Origin: Chrysemys picta bellii
Taxonomy: Eukaryota
Direction of reading: 5' to 3'
Length of the DNA stretch: 64,000 nt
NCBI RefSeq assembly: GCF_011386835.1
Contig: NC_088792.1
Span: 9,920,001-9,984,000, forward strand
The notes under the pieces were generated by a model. The model was not told the DNA's origin and ran no database searches. It saw nothing but the letters and a program-made list of their open reading frames with translations. A program made the position numbers and the translations under genes. Below are positions 59,268-64,000 of the stretch, piece by piece (position 1 is the first letter of the stretch; each line of letters begins with the position of its first letter).

Positions 59268-61990
59268 GTAAGTGCTTTTTTTTTTTAACAGTCATGTTTT
59301 GACTTGCTGCCTATGCATGATCCAATAACAAGCCTGTGTTTATTGGCTGTGCAAGTGTGTTCATTCCCATCCCATCCGATTTCTTGGTATTTAGCGTTAT
59401 AAAATGTAACAACCTGAAAAATGTTTCCATCCCTCTCAAAAAGCAGGAACACTCGCATTTAGACTCAGTCTGGGCCGAATTCTTCCTTCAGAGATATGAG
59501 CACAGATCCCACTGATGTCAATGGAAATTGCACATGAGTTTGAGAAGGCAGAGTCTGACTCAATCACATGAGACATGACATTGTTAGAAGCAAGTTCATG
59601 GCTTGGCCATGAAAGCAGATACTAATAATTGAATTCTTTGTACCCTTGTTAAATTATGATGAGCGCGTATGAAACAACAACTGAAATATACATATAAACA
59701 ACAGCTGAATGCCATCTTTTACTTGTTTTATCATTCTTGTCTATTCTTATAATCTTCTAGTCATTTATATAGCACATTGAGTACCAATGGCTCCATGGAG
59801 GTGAGTAAGACAACAGGTCCGGGCACCTAAGAGTTTTCAAACTAAATAGCCACTAGGCAGACCAGGGTAAAGTGGGGAAGAGGTGCTGCCTTTTGCTGTT
59901 TTCCTTTGACCTCAGTGGCAGCTAGATTGGGTTCTTTGGGCAGTGGCGAAAAAGTTTTACTTCTGCAAAGAGCAGAACCCCTAGCATTACTGTCCAGACT
60001 AAATTGTCATGTGCCGTATGTAAAATACCAGTGGGTTAGCTAGAGATTATCCAAGACACAGTTTTAGATACCACATTCAGAAGTAGCCCACAAGAATGAG
60101 TCCTTGTTGCTCTTCCAGGGATTGCCCGGGGTCAGGCCATGCAACAGTTTAAAGCTTTTACCTCTGTGAGCCTCTGCTGCAGTAAATCAGCAGACAGAAG
60201 GACAAAGCATTTGGTTTTGGATTTCTTCTCGGTCATCTGGTGATGTCAGCAATCTTGTTCTAGTTCTCGCCTTTTTAAATTGTCTTTTAATTCTCTCCAG
60301 CAGTAATACACTTCGTTAAATATTATTCAACAAGCACAAAATGCCATTCAGTAAACTGATGACTAAGGTCCCGATAAGTAAATTCTACAGAGAATACTGA
60401 GTTAAACCTCTGAGGGCTTGACTCAATGCTTAATGAAATCTTCAATGGGAGATGAGTCATGCCCTAAGTATGTATCTATGAGGATGGCAATGTTCAAACT
60501 TTACCAACACGGAGCAAGTTAATGCATAAATTTGGGACGGCAGGCCCATCTTGCTATAGACTGAGGCGTGGAACTGCCATGTGGAGCTGGGGAGTGAGGC
60601 TGAAAATATGAATTCATACTCATTCCTTCCTGGGTCCAGTCCTCTTTATTTATCTTTCAGTTGCTTTGCTTTCGGCCTCTGGCTCTGCGCTTGATGCTAG
60701 AGGCTGTGTCTCAATGAAAAACAAACTTGGCTTTGCCTCTCCTGTTTCCCCGGACCAGCCACCTCTAAATTTGGGGCTGAGACTCTTTAAACCCAGGCTG
60801 TTGTGCTATTTAAAATGTACATTTTTACATGTGGCTTTTTCAATGTTACGGCTACAGGAAAAAGTCAGGGGAAAAGGACTGCTTTGTTGGAGAAGTCTGG
60901 GGAAGCTGATATTTATCCCAATCTGTACTGCAGCGTGTTTGAGGTCAAATTCTGCCCTGGGATAGGTGCATCCCATTGACATCAGTGTGTATGTAGCCAA
61001 GTGCATATAATATAGACCTCAATGTGCAGGAGTCCCTGTTGTTCTGGGTACCTCACCATACCTACAGCAAAGCCAGTAGAATTATTCTGAGAAATAGTGA
61101 ACATGCATTATGGGCCTGATCCCGTACTACTTAGGTAAAACTCACACTGAGGGTAGGATCAGGTTCCGTGCAGTATGCTAGCCCATCATCATTTTTACTG
61201 TGAAAATAAAGAGAAAAATAAACGCACACACTCTTATGGCAAGAGGGAATACTAATGTCTTGGCATGGATAGCTTCTTCAGGAAATATTTCAACTGTCTG
61301 TCCTTTCCTTGGCTTCCCCCATGTGCTTAATGATCTTGTAACACTGCTTTTGTGTGTGTGAAAATGCAGGTCTGTGATCCATGCTGTTGATTGATAGGTA
61401 AACAAACCCTTTCTTTGTGACCATTCATTTTAAGCTACAAAAAGAGAGAATATGTTTATAAACAAGAGGTGAATTCCTGACCCTATTGAAGTCAATGGGA
61501 TTTTTGTCATTGACTTCACTGGCTCCAGGATTTCACCCAAGGAGACTGGATCAGTGGGAATGGGTTGAACTCTTTGAGTGTCTTTGGGATCTTTGGATGA
61601 TACTGCTATATGACTGCAAAGTAATACTGTTACTGTTCTAAGAAAATCATTGATACTAGTCAGTGAAGCAGCATGCAATATAGCAGGCATCTAAAAGAGA
61701 GCTCCTTAGCTGGACATACTCAACATGCTTCTTTGCATTCCAAGTGTGAATGGATTTGGAAACCATTTGGATGGGACAGCGCAGAGCTCTCTTGACAGAA
61801 AACCTGATTCTGAAAGTGAGTTGAGTATGTGTGTGTCCCTCTGAAACTTAAATGCTCACAAAATTGGGTGCTCACAAAACTAACCCCACCTTGGTGGCTT
61901 TGTCCACAATGGGTGTATGCTGAGGGAGTGTGGATCCCAGAACGATTTTTGGCTTCACGCAAACTCCATTTCAACCATTTTTGTCATCAG

Positions 61991-63494
61991 AGAGGAAACA
62001 ATAACCACTGTGGTGAAGACCCCAAGGCAAAAGCGAAAGATGTCTCCCGCCCGTCCTCCTTCAGGTTACTCTCTCTCCCGCTCTCCAAGATCAGAGGTGC
62101 TGACCCCAGAGCCAGTTTATGTGACAAAGGTCAGGCAACCTACACATAGGCATGAGCCGGAGGCCACGCGGAAGACTGTCATCCCTACGCTTTTTGTGAC
62201 AGAGCCAGAGGACAGACAAGGAGCGGCAGCTAGAGCTTTTGTCGTAGAAACCAAGGTGGAAGAACAAAAACCCAAATGGGTCGAAGTGGAGGAAATAATT
62301 GAATTCAAGGTGAAAAAATCACCCAAACCTACGAAGAAAAGAGGAGCTTCCCCGGCAAAGCCAGAAAAAGATGACTCAGGAGTACTGACATTCACTATGC
62401 CTGGCCCAAGACCTAGGCGTTCCTCTGAAGATGACCCAAACACAAACAATTCCAACAATAAATTAGTGGAGCAGGACAAGTCTTCCCTGCCTAGAGACAG
62501 TCTTTCAGATGTCGACATCCCGACCCTTGCATATGGAGCAGACCAGGAAGGAGCTCCAGTCAACAGTGAAGAAGACATAAGTTCTCCGTGTGGGTCTGAA
62601 CAGTTAGGAAGTAGTTCATTCATTGACTATGGGACTGACGGAAAGAGCTGCATGCAGGAAGCAAGCAATGATGATGTTTCAGAAGCTACTTCCCCACTAC
62701 TTGCCTGTGTGGGTGAACCCTTTGTCTTTAGCTTGGAGACAGCTGATGCAGGCGAGCCTAACCTTCCACCTTCACCGATGAGCAGAGGGGTGAAGGAAGA
62801 AGCTGATGAGTTAGATAAGTCTTGGACTGCTGAAGGGGGCGTACCTGATACAGTACAAGATGAGGATCTTCCAGAGGAAGATAATGTTATAATTGATGAG
62901 CCAGAGGAGCTAAAGACGGATGACATTGGCAACCGAGACCCCAAAATCCTGACCCACAATGGAAAAGTGCTAACTCTGGAAGACCTTGAAGATTACTTTC
63001 CTGAGGAAGGTGAGACCTATGGATGTGATGATCAGAACTACGCAGAAGACAAACCCTGTGAGATCTCTGTGCTCCAGACAGAAATTAATGAACTGACGGT
63101 GGGGAAGCCGGTGTTGCTAAATCTCGGGAGACCTGTTGTTCCTAAACCCAGGCAAAGCTTTTTCAGCAAGTTCAAGGAGCATCGTCCTGAAGGAATGTTC
63201 ATGTCCGCATCCAGAGTAAGAGGAGTGCAGTCCGTGGGTCCGTCTAACATTTCTTTCCATGTGAGTGAGACATGCACTGCAGCAGCCGCACCTGGTGTGC
63301 ATGCAGCAGCGGCAGCAGCCTCACCTGGACCTTCCTTCCAACTGAAACCGTCTTTCTGTACCGGAGTCCAGCTCTCAGCGGACAACGGACAGTCCAGCTT
63401 TAAAACTGAAGTTTCCACAAGAACCCTCAGCTATGGAACGATCGGCGAGCCTGTTATGTTGCACATCAGCACGGAAGACCCCTCCCAGAGCTGA
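61991..63494 (+). CDS. OBSCN: OBSCN terminal exon of isoform obscurin-A: non-modular C-terminus with ankyrin-binding motifs
   Basis: catcag acceptor; EETITTVVK, KWVEVEEIIEFKVKK (62274-62318), DPNTNNSNNKL, RDPKILTHNGKVLTLEDLEDY, SADNGQSSFKTEVSTRTLSYGTIGEPVMLHI; TGA at 63492-63494. Confidence 0.95.
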
Positions 63495-63522
63495 GCAGAT
63501 ACAAGCAACATTCTTAAAATCA

Positions 63523-63528
63523 AATAAA
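63523..63528 (+). terminator. Candidate polyadenylation signal (AATAAA) of obscurin-A
   Basis: AATAAA 28 nt after the stop codon; G/T-rich sequence follows near 63565-63590; embedded in an A-rich tract. Confidence 0.5.
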
Positions 63529-64000
63529 AAAAATATACATAAACAAACAAACAAAAACATTCTAGGGCGGGTGAGATTGGTGGTGAGAATTATAGGGCAA
63601 CACCTAAAAGAAAAATACCTGAAGGAAAACGTATAGACCGTGATATGTAGAGCTTTTCCAGTCTTAAAGGGAACACTTCTATCAGTTCAGTTTATGATTG
63701 ATCCTGGTGAAAGCATATCATTCCATAGAGAAGTGGGGAGAGGCAGGTTCAATAGACTTAGGGTGACCTGCCTCTCCTACTTGTGACAAAAATATAAATA
63801 AGCCCATTTTTCTTCAAGAGTTTAAAAATTACTTCAGCTCTCAGAAGGCGAAGTCACTCAGTGGTGAGACATTTAAGGAATCTCAGCTTGGCAATGCCTT
63901 CCAGCAATCAAGAGAAGGGAGGGTAGTTTCATTGAAGCATATCTTCTGTCACTGTACATGCCAGACAGACAGCAAAATAGTTTGCACTGTTTTACTTTTA

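Noticed and set aside
62117-63418. Minus-strand ORFs of 168, 110 and 126 aa opposite the terminal exon
   Set aside because: Antisense shadows of the OBSCN coding frame; Ser-rich, with no domain or splice support
1-64000. CRISPR arrays, operons, prokaryotic defence systems, obscurin kinase exons, clear MEF2/CArG sites
   Set aside because: Spliced vertebrate locus; no repeat-spacer array, no kinase motifs, and no exact CTA(A/T)4TAG or CC(A/T)6GG noticed on manual reading (not exhaustive)

Overview
Eukaryotic (vertebrate) genomic DNA, almost certainly from a turtle, judged by the tortoise-type tRNA-derived SINE and the CR1, Penelope, DIRS and MITE repeats. The window holds the 3' part of the obscurin gene (OBSCN) on the + strand. 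I hand-spliced 31 coding exons with GT-AG introns and consistent phases: 7280 nt, about 2425 aa, open to a TGA at 63492-63494. Domain order is Ig-Ig (equivalent to human Ig58/59), Fn3, Ig, IQ, further Ig domains, SH3, RhoGEF (DH), PH, two Ig domains, then the non-modular ankyrin-binding terminal exon of isoform obscurin-A with an AATAAA 28 nt after the stop. The kinase exons of obscurin-B are not in the window. The introns are rich in transposable elements: CR1 and RTE LINE fragments, a near-full-length decayed CR1 ORF2, MIR-like and tRNA-SINEs, hAT MITEs with 8-bp TSDs, three PIF/Harbinger-like MITEs, an internally deleted DIRS1-like element and six Penelope-like (GIY-YIG) fragments. The most notable non-coding signal is that each Penelope fragment carries a minimal type-I hammerhead ribozyme motif. 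Three have the canonical CUGANGA core, three have a CCGANGA variant, and two lie on the OBSCN sense strand. Hammerheads in Penelope-like elements are an established association; their activity here and any effect on OBSCN are untested inference. Family assignments and comparisons with human obscurin rest on recognition from memory, not on database searches.
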